A stretch of DNA of 64,000 nucleotides, taken from positions 89,668,649 through 89,732,648 of the forward strand of contig NC_068981.1 of the NCBI RefSeq assembly GCF_001194135.2, read 5' to 3'. The notes below the pieces were generated by a model. That model worked only from the letters and a program-made list of their open reading frames with translations, was not told the DNA's origin and did no database searches. How positions within the stretch are numbered: the first letter of the stretch is position 1; each line of letters begins with the position of its first letter. Below, piece by piece: positions 1-13,206 of the stretch. Origin of the DNA: Octopus bimaculoides (taxonomy: Eukaryota). Both the position numbers and the translations under genes were made by a program.

Positions 1-34
<34 letters not shown>

Positions 35-441
35 GAATTTACTTATACACATTATTACATGCATACATGCCGATGTACATGAATATACTTATATAAACAC
101 GTATATATATATATGTATGCATATATGCATATACGTGTATATATGTATGTATATATATACATGTATGTATAAATACATACATAAATATGCATATATGTGC
201 TTATATCTCATATCTATATATATATAGATGTTTTGCAAACACACACATACATACACACACACACATACACACACACGCACACACACATATACACACACAC
301 ACACACACCTGTAAATATATACGTAAATATATGCACACATGTAACACGATATATATTCATTTTTACTTATATACTGCTCTACATATGAAGATATATACAT
401 GCATACATACGTACATATATAGAAACATACATGCACATAAC

Positions 442-526
<85 letters not shown>

Positions 527-914
527 CATACATAAAAACATACTTATATCACATCTGGTGCTTTCGTTTTTCAAATAATTTATTCTTTGTGTCAGTATAT
601 GTTTCCATTTTATTCTTCATTCGTAACGGACTATCACTTTTGTTACTTTTAATTGTATTCTATGTCAGGATGTTAATTATTATTAATCTTACGTGTTGTT
701 GACGATGATTTTTAACTGCTGTACCGAAAAGAATTCTATGATTTCCAGATCAAATGAAAGAAATCCTAGTTATTATTATCATTCGCTATCACCACACTTG
801 GCAGGTGCAATCCACGAGGCTTGATTCAATTTTCTATGGAAACTCTTTAGATTATTTCGCTAAACTTTTATAATTCCATAGCTGAAAGGTTTCCCTAAGT
901 ATTTATTATTATTG

Positions 915-982
<68 letters not shown>

Positions 983-1160
983 TAGTGTTATTGTTGTTGT
1001 TGTTGTTGTTGTTGCTGCTGCTGTTGTTGGTGTTATCATCGAGGTCATTGTTGTTGCTTATGTTGTTGCTCTTTAGGTTTAGCCTATGTTCTATGATCAT
1101 TGGGTTTTATCCTTATCAAAACTTTTCCAAGAAAATGAAATGTTTATATAAAAGCAGTAT

Positions 1161-1295
1161 CTACGGAACAAGATTCCTTTCGTTGTCCGAGTTTGGAGTT
1201 GTCTGGTGACTCCCGTTATATCCAGTCTCCTCAGGAATTGCGGCACTTAATAGATGCTCGGATGACTGTTTTAAACTTAACATCACCTCTCGCTT
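1161..1295 (-). CDS. Probable terminal coding exon of the 5'-nucleotidase-family gene
   Basis: Polypyrimidine tract plus tttacag acceptor. Phase 0 is open for 44 codons, KREVMLSLKQSSEHLLSAAIPEETGYNGSHQTTPNSDNERNLVP, then TAG at 1163-1161. Inferred from splice signals and phase. Confidence 0.7.
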   Translation of the reverse strand, partial: KREVMLSLKQSSEHLLSAAIPEETGYNGSHQTTPNSDNERNLVP

Positions 1296-1382
1296 CTGTA
1301 AATAGAAATATAGAAACAGATAATTTTATTTTTAAGATTATTACATAATTATTTTTTTCATGCAGGCACATTCCATTCATCC

Positions 1383-1426
<44 letters not shown>

Positions 1427-2551
1427 ACACATGTGCCCTGTAAGCAGACTGTATCATAAGTGCATATATATACAAGAGAATAACTTTTCACAAGAGTACA
1501 AGCATTACGAAGCGGAGTTGAAAATGCACTTGGAGTTTTTTTGAAGATTTATTTACATATATTTACATTACTAAAATAGCAAATATATGTTTTACTTTAA
1601 AATGTAGTTATATCTATTACAATATACAGAAAATGGTTTATATAATGAATAGTTTCCCTTCAAACTGATTATCATTTCTGTTTTTTTTTAACTCGTATAT
1701 GTAAATATATATTGCGAAAGTTCCGATTTCATTAAAAATTATCAAATATTTTACTTATACATAAACCTGGAATACAAAGGTTTCCCCCTTGTCTCAACTG
1801 TCTTTCTATTCTCGTGTTTATTTCGCACGTGTTAGTGTGTTAAATTCGAAAAGATTTGTCGCTCATGACAAGTGACATAAATGCTAAGTTTGTGGTTACT
1901 GTCGCTTATGTTGCTTCCCTGATAAGGGACGTGATTAATGATTCTGTGTTGAGCAAACATTATTGTACATCGCATTTATTTTTGAGAATGTAGTCAGTGG
2001 AGAATGTTTATTGAAATATAATGCATTTAATTAGAGAAATAAATTGTTTCTTCTATGTAAAGTCTTAACTTTGTAGAAGTTCAAAAGTTCTAATCAGTAA
2101 TTATCAAAGTATTTCACACATATTATATACATATATAGACACATTAACATCCATCCAAATGAGTGTGCTCATGCATATATGTGTATGGTCTGATTGAAAA
2201 TCGAAGTAAATAATTTCACCACCCAAATGCGGTGTACGTTAATTAACTTATATCCCCGAGTACATTCTAGAATATTGTGACGGAAGTTACTTTTTGTAGC
2301 CACTAGTTAAGTCCTTTGTGATGAAAGGCGCAAAAGCGACACAGACCACACACCTATCTTTCCGTCTCGAGTCCTGAAAACTATAAAAGCTTTGTTTCAA
2401 AGCTTCAATACGAAATAAAAATGAGAAAAAAAAAAAAAGATTGGCTATTCAGAAAAAAAAAGAACTACTCATTAGCATAACAAACGCCAATATAATGTTT
2501 TTGATGGATAAAGAGTTAAAACTAGTTAGTAAACACATTTTGTAATAAACG

Positions 2552-2652
<101 letters not shown>

Positions 2653-2690
2653 GTAGTAGTAGTAGTAGTATTAGTATTATTATTAATATG

Positions 2691-3237
2691 GAGTGAGAGA
2701 GCAGTGCATGCCATCAAAGTGGCACAGAGGTACAAATATACGAAGCGCAATATACCCAACATGACTACCCGTCCAATGATAGTACATCAGGTATATGTAT
2801 CACAACCATATGTGCGCGATACGGTCATCATCTGACTTCAAGATAAACAGTGCATGACCTTGCCGGTCGGGCCCAGTTAATATTTTCTTCAGGTAAAGTA
2901 GCCCAGCCTGAAAAAACGTTCCCTCAATAAGGTTTGTTTAAGGATGATGAATGAAACACCTATGTTTCTAGAGGTGAATTATTCAATCCCAAAGAATTCC
3001 TCTCAACCTTTGGCTATGATGTTTCCCTTCTGCTCGTGATCAGAGATGCAAATATCGTCAGCCACCAAGGGACATACTCAACTGATTAAGGTCAAACTGA
3101 CAAGTGAATCTGTGGTACTGAGCAGAATATTTGCCGTAGCCCATCTTTTGTACCAAGACAAAACATGTACATGATAACACTTCCAATCAGTTAGGATCAA
3201 AAACCATGAGAGCCATTGTCTGGTACTGTATTAGGGC

Positions 3238-3238
<1 letters not shown>
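2691..3238 (-). mobile_element. Non-coding retroposon with (AAT)n tail (longest copy)
   Basis: Homologous to 25042-25518 and 16975-17178. All three share the 3' end ...cactgctc(t/c)ctcactc followed by an AAT-rich tract, with variable 5' truncation. Confidence 0.75.
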
Positions 3239-3323
<85 letters not shown>

Positions 3324-3324
3324 T

Positions 3325-3633
3325 TTGGGGAAAATGTATATACCTTACTTTTTTAGATATGCCGGAAACCTCCACAAAAGAAGAACATTTAAGTTGGCTA
3401 GGCATGTATGGAGTTTAAAGACCAACTCCAAAGAACATAAAATGAACTGGAGAATCGTAGAGAAATCCATGTTATATGATAATAGATCTGAGAAATGCAA
3501 CTTATGCGTAGTTAAAAGATCGCATAGTATGTTTAGCTCTGAGAATTCCACTGTACTACTAAATTGCAGACCAGGAATTTGCAGCAAATGCAAATATATG
3601 CACAAATGTGTGTGTGTGGGGGGGCTGAACTAG
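3325..3633 (+). mobile_element. Penelope-like GIY-YIG C-terminal remnant
   Basis: KLARHVWSLK...MNWRIVEKSMLYDNRSEKCNLCVVKR...LLNCRPGICSKC resembles the PLE LSxYIWxLK...CxLC...LNxRxE...C tail. Confidence 0.65.
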
Positions 3634-4103
3634 ACGACATCACCCCCTCCAAATTGAGCAGTTACCTAGCAGACTTTGAACGTCTCTCTGTTCAACTATT
3701 TCTGCAAATACTAGTGTTATTATGACTTTACGATCAAAGGGGGCATTACTTAAATTTTCTTTTTTTTAATATTTTTTTTCTTTTTCCGTTTATTTCACCG
3801 TTCCAATATTTGAGTCTATCTTCTCTTTTTTCACTCGTGATTTCTTGTACTAGCGCCCTGAGTTGTAAATTTAATAGGCCATCTGCTCAGAGCCCGAGAT
3901 TGCTAGTAGACGCAGTACATGTCTTAGAAACCTACCTAGATTCCCTTCTCCAATGCATGAAACTATTAGTAACTCATATCTTTATATTGTGTACTTCAAA
4001 TAATATGTATGTGTGCAAGCGTGTGTATGTTGCGCACGTGCATGAATCAGTATGTATTTATATATACTTCGTATTTAGTATATATGTGTGTATGCATGTA
4101 GGT

Positions 4104-4183
<80 letters not shown>

Positions 4184-5801
4184 AAACAACGTTGGAGATA
4201 TTGAGCATCACCTCGTATATTCACAGAAAAATTCACGCTTATAGTTGCATGAAAGTACGTAAGCATATCTACGACAAAGCACCTGTTATCACAATATCGT
4301 TTAACAAATAGGATATTGGAAGTTAATATTATGAATATAACCGCCTTATAATATTTACTAAGAACCAATTTCCATTAGAATAGCTGGCTCAAATCATTCT
4401 GTTCTTAAATGCTAAGTCAAATTTTCCATAAATATTCTCATCCTGGTACATAAATATTTCATATTAAGTATGACTAAAGAAACATTTGGCAGAAACTGTG
4501 TTAACGTTGGTCACAGGTGTGTGTCTCCCAAACATGAATAACACACTGTAATATAAACCCTATTCTCACACCTCCCTTAACTTACTTATTTTCATTGACG
4601 CAGCTTTGAATCCTTACTGATTTGGGGACGTTAAGTTTTGGAATCAAAGTTCTGTCCGAATAGTTAGGATGAAGTTTAACTCTTTTGAAATCCATCTCTC
4701 AAGAGTGATTTGCCTTGTGTTTCCTTGTGAATCACACGCTATGAGTACACGTCGTTTAAACGGAAGTTGTGTTATCTATTAACCAATATCAACAGCGATC
4801 AAAATTTAACGTGAATCGGTTTGAAAGGTATTAAGAAGGAATGGATACATTTTTTTTTTTATTCTTGCTGTTCCGCGTGCATTCTATAAACTTTTATCTG
4901 TTCGGCAGATATTAGTACATCAGCAAATTATTTGTTTATTGATACCTATAAACAAATGCTCGTGTTCTTGTCAGGTTTATGGTCCGCGGTGAATATTTGA
5001 CAGAGGAGGTGCACAATAAGGTTGAAACACCTCGATCTCAAAGTTTCCTTAGGCTGGTAATTCACGTATGTTATGAACACGCATCGCCTAAAGAGAGAGG
5101 AAGTCCTCTGCTAATGGAAAACAACAGCGACTGATATTTACGTCCGAATCTGCCAGAATGTATTAAGATTAACAAATATGATACTGTTAGGATTCTCGCA
5201 GTTCCGCATACTTCCCATGAATTATAAATATAAAAGGTACTCGTTTTAATGCTTGTGACAATGTGACATTAAAACGCGACATGTATTACAATCTTTTATA
5301 TTGCCTGTTTAAAACATTTATTCCGGTACGGTGCATAGTACTCACGCATTACGATCATGTTAAAATAATATGTTAAAATTGAGATTTTTAGTCATTGTAC
5401 AGAGTCCATACTGAATTACAGCTACCATTGATTTTAGAGACAATCACATTCACATTAGTTGTGTGTGTGTTTGAGTACATACATACATATACACATGCAC
5501 ACATACATACATACATGCATACATACATACATACATACATACATACATACATACATACATACATACATACATACATACATAAGTACGTAGGTGTGTGTAT
5601 GCAGTAGAGCAGGCAGAGACATGTCGTAATTAAGTCCAAAACACATAGATCTGTAATGTTAACTGTGCGAATATTTCTTACAAGACCAAAGAAAACTAAT
5701 TGTATGCATAAGTTCTCAGGAATGTTTTCTCTTACACATGAAAGCCTATTTTAAAAAGCATTTTCGATTTGAAATAAGTTTGAAAATTAACAGAAACTTA
5801 C

Positions 5802-5952
5802 AACGTCGTCTAGCATAAATATTCTGCCTTCTACTATTGGTGCTAGGTTGCAAAGTTCATTCTCTACATCGTGGATGGATTCTTGTCTGACCAAATGTCG
5901 CGGTTTCGATTTCTTGTTCTCGTCACCCTTTTTATTAATAAGACTCTTTTTT
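5802..5952 (-). CDS. 5'-nucleotidase-family exon (C-terminal extension)
   Basis: ttaacag acceptor, GTAAGT donor, 151 nt, phase 2/0: (R)KKSLINKKGDENKKSKPRHLVRQESIHDVENELCNLAPIVEGRIFMLDDV. Confidence 0.85.
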
Positions 5953-6279
5953 CTGTTAAAATACACAAAAATATTAAGAACCACATGTTTTGTCTCTCAA
6001 AAATACTTCGCCCCATAGAATCAAATAACTACTTTGCAAAGAAGTGAACCTACGAAACGATTGGTTGACACTCAGACAGCCGAGCAAATCAGCAGGCGGG
6101 AAGTAAGGAAATAAGAAAGGTTATGCATATATGCATAGATATACATGTGCGCACGCACATATATATCTGTATGTGTGCATGTGTGTGTGTGCATACATAT
6201 ATAATTAATATCTATAATGTATGTGTATATGTATATACATATATGCGTATATATCTGATATATATAAATATATATGTAC

Positions 6280-6316
<37 letters not shown>

Positions 6317-6919
6317 NNNNNNNNNNNNNNNNNNNNNNNNNNNNNNNNNNNNNNNNNNNNNNNNNNNNNNNNNNNNNNNNNNNNNNNNNNNNNNNNNNNN
6401 NNNNNNNNNNNNNNNNNNNNNNNNNNNNNNNNNNNNNNNNNNNNNNNNNNNNNNNNNNNNNNNNNNNNNNNNNNNNNNNNNNNNNNNNNNNNNNNNNNNN
6501 NNNNNNNNNNNNNNNNNNNNNNNNNNNNNNNNNNNNNNNNNNNNNNNNNNNNNNNNNNNNNNNNNNNNNNNNNNNNNNNNNNNNNNNNNNNNNNNNNNNN
6601 NNNNNNNNNNNNNNNNNNNNNNNNNNNNNNNNNNNNNNNNNNNNNNNNNNNNNNNNNNNNNNNNNNNNNNNNNNNNNNNNNNNNNNNNNNNNNNNNNNNN
6701 NNNNNNNNNNNNNNNNNNNNNNNNNNNNNNNNNNNNNNNNNNNNNNNNNNNNNNNNNNNNNNNNNNNNNNNNNNNNNNNNNTATATATATATATATATAT
6801 ATATGTACACACACACGTGTGTATATATATGTATGTACAGATATATGTATATATATATATATTTTATATACATCATGTATGATATATATACATATCATAT
6901 ATATATACACATATACATA

Positions 6920-6959
<40 letters not shown>

Positions 6960-7430
6960 CACATATACATAGATACATGCATACACACAGATACATACAT
7001 ACATACGTACATACATATATATAACATTCAATATTTGAGTAATTCATTTCTGTATGCAATTACTTTTACTTTCAATGTTTGCTCATTTGGTGGCATATCG
7101 TAAGTGTCTCTAGAATAATTTACTGTATTCTGCATGGCACAAATCCTGCTGCGGGCAAGTTTACCTCGAACTCCCCTGAGTTCGAGAAATAAACAACCAT
7201 TTTACATTTGATCATTTACTTTCACTCCTCCTCTGGACTAAATTGGCTATCCTCAGACCTGAAGAAAAACGGTTTCTTGCAAAATTTAAGTGTGGAATCA
7301 CACCGTATTTCACGATAGCACCCTTAGAGCTCTTTCAGACGTTGAAGGTTCAAAGCAAGAAAAAGCCTTTTAATTCAAATGAATTTATGTACTTTCAAAG
7401 AAATTCTATACAAAATAGCAATCTACGAAC

Positions 7431-7555
7431 CTGACGAGACCAATTAGTGACTGACGATGTCCAGATCGACACGATTTGATACCTTGAATCATTTGAACGG
7501 ATTCAAAGTGGTTTCTCACAGCAGTCGATAAAACAGGACCTTCGTCTTCATTTAC
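7431..7555 (-). CDS. 5'-nucleotidase-family exon
   Basis: cattag acceptor, GTTCGT donor, 125 nt ending phase 2: VNEDEGPVLSTAVRNHFESVQMIQGIKSCRSGHRQSLIGLV. Confidence 0.88.
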
Positions 7556-8386
7556 CTAATGTGTAAAAAAGCAAATACAATTTTAATTGATACGTTTATT
7601 AAATATGCGACAATCGGCATTCAAATAGAAAGCAAATCAAATCTGCGTTAGAAAGAATTATTTTGGGGTTGATGATGGTTTATGTTTTAAGTGGTAAGCA
7701 ATTAGTTTTGGGTTTGGAAATGATAGCCATTGAAAAGAATGTTGAAAATGTTATTTGACTGAGAACAAAACAAATATTCAACAGCATTAGATAAGGTTTA
7801 GTTTTATTATAATGACAATATCCGGACTATGCAACTGAATAATATTCTTGTTGATAAATGTTTGTTCTACGTACTAAAGTCGTATTAGTCAAAATCTTAA
7901 TGTTACAGAATGAGTTATGTGTGTAAAAAATATTTATAATCCCTATCAACAACGGCAGCAGAAGAATAGATGTGGCGTGTATAGTGTTCCCCGTTGGGCT
8001 AAAGTGGAAAAACTGAAGAGAAAACAGAAATCCCTAAGATATTGGGCTCGGCTTGATGATACTTGAGATCTTAATACACTCACTCTCTTAAAGCAGTTCG
8101 ATGCTCTCTATTTAAAGTAAACCTTTCTAGTACACCTGAGAAGATAACATTTTAACTAGTCAAGTCTAAAATCCAATTTCACTACTTGAATCCAAAGGCA
8201 GAAGGCAGATTTATTTTCCATATGCTAATACAAAGCCAGCGATCCTGCAATATGTGTGTGTGTGCGCGCGCTTTATTTGTCAAAATCAATTAATAGTGCT
8301 ACCAGCGATATAATATGCTAGTATTTACACAATTTTTAAGAGATGCAACCTTTTAAATATATATATATATATATATATATACCTGT

Positions 8387-8444
8387 AAAAATATGTGACA
8401 CTTATTCAGTAGCCATTGCTACTGAATAAGTGTCACATATTTTT
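8387..8444. repeat. Perfect 27-bp inverted repeat with 4-nt loop
   Basis: AAAAATATGTGACACTTATTCAGTAGC-CATT-GCTACTGAATAAGTGTCACATATTTTT. Confidence 0.95.
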
Positions 8445-10179
8445 GCAGATACATTCCTCTATTTGCATAATATCGAGGTCTCTTTCTTTTGTTGCCAAAT
8501 ATATATATATATATATAATAAAGTAAAGTTGTGGAATACCGTACGAGTGGAAATATATATGAAAGAAGGTTTGAAAATGCACTTATTTTTTTAAAATATT
8601 TATTTACTTAACCGGTTTCACTTTTTTAGAAAAAGATTATCAAAAGTCTTTGAGAATAATAAAAAATGTTAAAAAACAGTTTGAGTNNNNNNNNNNNNNN
8701 NNNNNNNNNNNNNNNNNNNNNNNNNNNNNNNNNNNNNNNNNNNNNNNNNNNNNNNNNNNNNNNNNNNNNNNNNNNNNNNNNNNNNNNNNNNNNNNNNNNN
8801 NNNNNNNNNNNNNNNNNNNNNNNNNNNNNNNNNNNNNNNNNNNNNNNNNNNNNNNNNNNNNNNNNNNNNNNNNNNNNNNNNNNNNNNNNNNNNNNNNNNN
8901 NNNNNNNNNNNNNNNNNNNNNNNNNNNNNNNNNNNNNNNNNNNNNNNNNNNNNNNNNNNNNNNNNNNNNNNNNNNNNNNNNNNNNNNNNNNNNNNNNNNN
9001 NNNNNNNNNNNNNNNNNNNNNNNNNNNNNNNNNNNNNNNNNNNNNNNNNNNNNNNNNNNNNNNNNNNNNNNNNNNNNNNNNNNNNNNNNNNNNNNNNNNN
9101 NNNNNNNNNNNNNNNNNNNNNNNNNNNNNNNNNNNNNNNNNNNNNNNNNNNNNNNNNNNNNNNNNNNNNNNNNNNNNNNNNNNNNNNNNNNNNNNNNNNN
9201 NNNNNNNNNNNNNNNNNNNNNNNNNNNNNNNNNNNNNNNNNNNNNNNNNNNNNNNNNNNNNNNNNNNNNNNNNNNNNNNNNNNNNNNNNNNNNNNNNNNN
9301 NNNNNNNNNNNNNNNNNNNNNNNNNNNNNNNNNNNNNNNNNNNNNNNNNNNNNNNNNNNNNNNNNNNNNNNNNNNNNNNNNNNNNNNNNNNNNNNNNNNN
9401 NNNNNNNNNNNNNNNNNNNNNNNNNNNNNNNNNNNNNNNNNNNNNNNNNNNNNNNNNNNNNNNNNNNNNNNNNNNNNNNNNNNNNNNNNNNNNNNNNNNN
9501 NNNNNNNNNNNNNNNNNNNNNNNNNNNNNNNNNNNNNNNNNNNNNNNNNNNNNNNNNNNNNNNTATATATATTTCAATTTTATCTTACAAATCTTGCAAC
9601 TTATTTGAATGACAAAAGAAACTGGTTTTCAAGTACATTTGTACGTTTACAAGTTATAATCATGGACTCATCTTTCGTCTTTGGATAAAGCTAAGTCAGA
9701 TTTTAACAAATGTTAGAAAAGTGTAGTCGAAATATCGATCTTCATTCATAATATTGGTTCAGTTGTTGTTATTGTTGATGATGATATTGATGATGATGTT
9801 GTCATTACTGTTTACTTCTGGGTTAGCTCTGATCAAAATAAGCAAGATATCTCCACTATGACTTTAACATCATTTTAAATGTAGTTTATCTAGGTTTACC
9901 TATTCCAGTGTGTCGTTTTTACTTCAATTCAAAGGTAACTGATGGCTATTTGAGCGAAACGAAACTTTTAGTCCTCTGCTACTACAAAACATCCACAACG
10001 GTCTTGTTTTATATAAAATAAGCTTGCTTCCGTTTCTCATAACGCTAACAAAATTTAGTTTGGGGGTTTTATCTCCACCAGATGATACTTTGATGATAGA
10101 AAGAAAAAAATTCAGAAACGAAAATGACATTATATAATTAAAGAGACAAGATAACAAAATAAGGAAATTGGATATTTAC

Positions 10180-10257
10180 CATAAACTCACAATCTTTGAA
10201 TATGTCGTAGCCATCTTTTCCATGTGCAAGATAAGCTTTTGTACATAAGAGATATGT
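10180..10257 (-). CDS. 5'-nucleotidase-family exon
   Basis: tttgccag acceptor, GTAAAT donor, 78 nt: TYLLCTKAYLAHGKDGYDIFKDCEFM (GKDGY motif). Phase 0 matches the next exon. Confidence 0.9.
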
Positions 10258-11098
10258 CTGGCAAAACAGGTAAAGTTTGATAAATGCAGTTGTCTCTTAT
10301 ACGTATTCATCAACCATAATTATATTTTTTCTCAGAATGTATCATAAAAACCATTATATTCATGTCGGTTTTCTGTTGTACATGCACATATCCACACGCA
10401 AACATATATATTGCTTATATATCTTTTATACACACACACAGACACAAACGCACAGATACTCGCGCGCGCACGCACGCACACACATGCACATACATATTAT
10501 ATATGTGTGTGTGTGTGTGTGTGCGTGCGTGTGTATGTATGTATGTATGTATGTATATATGTATATATGTATGTATGGAACGAAAACTCAACCCATAACA
10601 TACGAGATAAATTTCAATATTTATACACAAAGTGCTAAAGATTAATATGCAAATTAGAAAAGAATACCCCTTGTCGACAACTGTTCATTTTTACATCAGA
10701 ATTAATGCCTTCTGAGTGCTGATTCCGATTCTGTACAGTTTTCTTCATCATAATTTTTATTTTCTTCAATTTCATCATTACTTAAGGTCTAATTATTTTA
10801 TCACTTGCTTTCGAATTTTTGTCTATTAAAGCTAGTTTATTATCGAGATTTAGTAGAAAATATTTCCTTGAGATCAACTAAAGGGACATAATTGACACTA
10901 CTTTTTTTCTTGAATTCAGTGATCTCTCACAATAATACAGTGACCAGGCGTAAGAAACAAGAGCATTTTTTTATCGCTCTCAGCAACACCTTTAGCATGC
11001 TAATAACACTGGAATGTCCCCAGATCACCCATTGATGAATGCAATACCAGATGGTACCAAACTGTATATTTGTTTTATTATTTGTTTATTTATGTGAG

Positions 11099-11475
11099 TG
11101 GAGGTGCAATGGTCCAGTGGTTAGGGCAGCGGACTCGCGGTCATAGGATCGCGGTTTCGATTCCCAGACCGGGCGTTGTGAGTGTTTATTGAGCGAAAAC
11201 ACCTAAAGCTCCACGAGGCTCTGGGGATGGTGGCGAACCCTGCTGTACTCTTTCACCACAACTTTCTCTCATTCTTTCTTCCTGTTCCTGTTGTACCTGT
11301 AATTCAAAGGGTCAGCCTTGTCACACTGTGTCACGCTGAATATCCCCAAGGACTACGTTAAGAGTACACGTGTCTGTGGAGTGCTCAGCCACTTGCACGT
11401 TAATTTCACGAGCTGACTGTTCCGTTGATCGGATCAACTGGAACCCTCGACGTCGTAAGCGACGGAGTACCAACG
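11099..11475 (+). mobile_element. tRNA-derived SINE (family A)
   Basis: A-box TGGTCCAGTGG, B-box GGTTTCGATTCC, Arg-like GAC-TCG-CG-GTC loop. Near-identical copy at 34146-34524 (-). Confidence 0.88.
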
Positions 11476-11722
11476 AACGATTTATGTGAACCGAATGTGA
11501 AATGGAGATGGGCTTTAAATACCTGTTTTACAGAAGTTCTTTTAAGCCCCTTTGTGAAGAATCAGTAAGCAGGTGCCAGTCAGAGACTACCTGAGTTTGA
11601 GGCAAGGTTCGGATTAGTTCATTGGTTGCATTGTATTTGCAAAGTTGACTTTCTACTATAGAGTTTATTGCTAAAAGATAATTTCCTAATAGACAGCGCC
11701 TGTACATTTTGATGAAGTAAAT

Positions 11723-12001
11723 CAGGGGTTTTCAAACTGTGGTCCGCAAGGACAAGACAGGGGGTTCGTAGACAGCAAATACTTTTCATGGGCAATTTGA
11801 TTTTATATATGTTTTTTAATCGAAATCTTTTAATTGACAATAAACCTATTTGTTAAATACTGTTAAATAAATAAATGTAAAAATATATGTTATTTTAAGC
11901 AGATATTTATGTATAAATTTCATGAGCGTTTATAAAGGGGTCCCTAAGGTAAAGCCTGAAATATAAAGGGTTCCGCAAGTCAAAAAGTTTGAAAACCCCT
12001 G
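11723..12001. mobile_element. hAT-type MITE
   Basis: Perfect 16-bp TIRs CAGGGGTTTTCAAACT / AGTTTGAAAACCCCTG. Perfect 8-bp TSD AAGTAAAT at 11715-11722 and 12002-12009. Confidence 0.95.
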
Positions 12002-12331
12002 AAGTAAATTACCTCCCTCTAGTCTTGACATAAAACACTCTGCTTACTATCTAAATATTTAAATATTATTCAAACACTCTTGAATAAACATTCTTAGATA
12101 AAACTTCATTTATTCAGGAGGTGTAGCACTTAGCTCCTCTAAAGGATGTACTAACATAATTGTCAATTCGAAAATCAATGGATGCTGATCCATCATTTTC
12201 GAGAAAATGAACAGATATTGTGCCATCATGTTGGACTAGTCTATGTGCTGAATACAGGTATGAACAATCAATCTTGTAATTGTTCTTTGAGTTAAACCCA
12301 CACATGGTATCATGCCCCCTCTCTTTCTCTC

Positions 12332-12380
<49 letters not shown>

Positions 12381-12671
12381 TCTATCTCCTTCCCACCCAC
12401 CTTTCTCTCACTTTTCTTTGCTTCTAAATTTTTAAGTTAGCAACACTTGAAATCCCATTCCAGTTACAACTTATATTATGAAATATAACTTATATATTTC
12501 GGTCGACATGTATGTTTCTTGTTAATAATTTTGATAATAAAATTATGACTCATTAATGACATAAGTTTAGCCTGAAAGATACATACAACATTGAATTATA
12601 TATATATATATGTCAAGTATGTATGATAATGATATAATGATAAATAGAAATGAAACAAAAGTATAACATAC

Positions 12672-12844
12672 CTTTTCTAATTCTAAATACTCGCCTTGTA
12701 TTTTTATCAAATCTGACTCCACTCGGTGACCTGGTGGCTTACTGGGATCGAATCCGAATATGATTCCTGACACTTGACCGAAACGTCCTTCTAATTTGGG
12801 GTATTCTGAAACACTGTTTTCCAAAGCTTCCACCAGTTTTGCAC
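12672..12844 (-). CDS. 5'-nucleotidase-family exon
   Basis: ctaaaag acceptor, GTATGT donor, 173 nt: (G)AKLVEALENSVSEYPKLEGRFGQVSGIIFGFDPSKPPGHRVESDLIKIQGEYLELEK. Confidence 0.95.
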
Positions 12845-13206
12845 CTTTTAGGAAAGAAGTTCAATGTTAATTGCAAACTTTAAAAGCTATTGAATTTTTA
12901 TTTCTTAATTTAAAGCAAAGATTAGCACATAAAACTACATCAGTACATCAAATTTAAAAACAACTGGAACAAAATTTAAAAAATAGAAAATTGTGACAGG
13001 TACAAAGAAGGTCCCATGAAATCCTTAGATTGCTGAGATTATTCTCTAAATAATGTAATGTTATAAGCAAGGAATAAAGCTGCTAGTTCCTAATTGTCTT
13101 ACATTTTGCATAAATGTTCTCACTATTTTTTACTGTTACCTGGAGTCAAATTAGCATAAATCGCAAATTTAGAGTGTTGTAAAGAGTAAAGGGTAAATAT
13201 CCACTT

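Noticed and set aside
33-702. Long ORFs such as [18 protein letters not shown] and NNNN/IIII, and X-filled ORFs across the window
   Set aside because: They are translations of microsatellites or N gaps, not genes.
3113-3155. Nested stems (TGGTAC/GTACCA around AGCA/TGCC) in the AAT-tailed retroposon, with an apparent C-G to T-A change in copy 2 (25472-25514); considered as an HDV-like ribozyme
   Set aside because: There is no P2 partner, no L3/P1.1 consensus and no catalytic J4/2 motif. The wobble evidence favours opposite strands in the two copies, and two copies are too few to show covariation.
7165-7186. 9-bp hairpin CTCGAACTC-CCCT-GAGTTCGAG
   Set aside because: Short and isolated, and expected by chance or from a repeat relic in 64 kb.
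11099-11175. tRNA-like sequences at SINE heads (also 34450-34524, 13410-13485, 58160-58236)
   Set aside because: They are embedded in repeated SINE bodies without a proper acceptor stem, so they are not called as tRNA genes.
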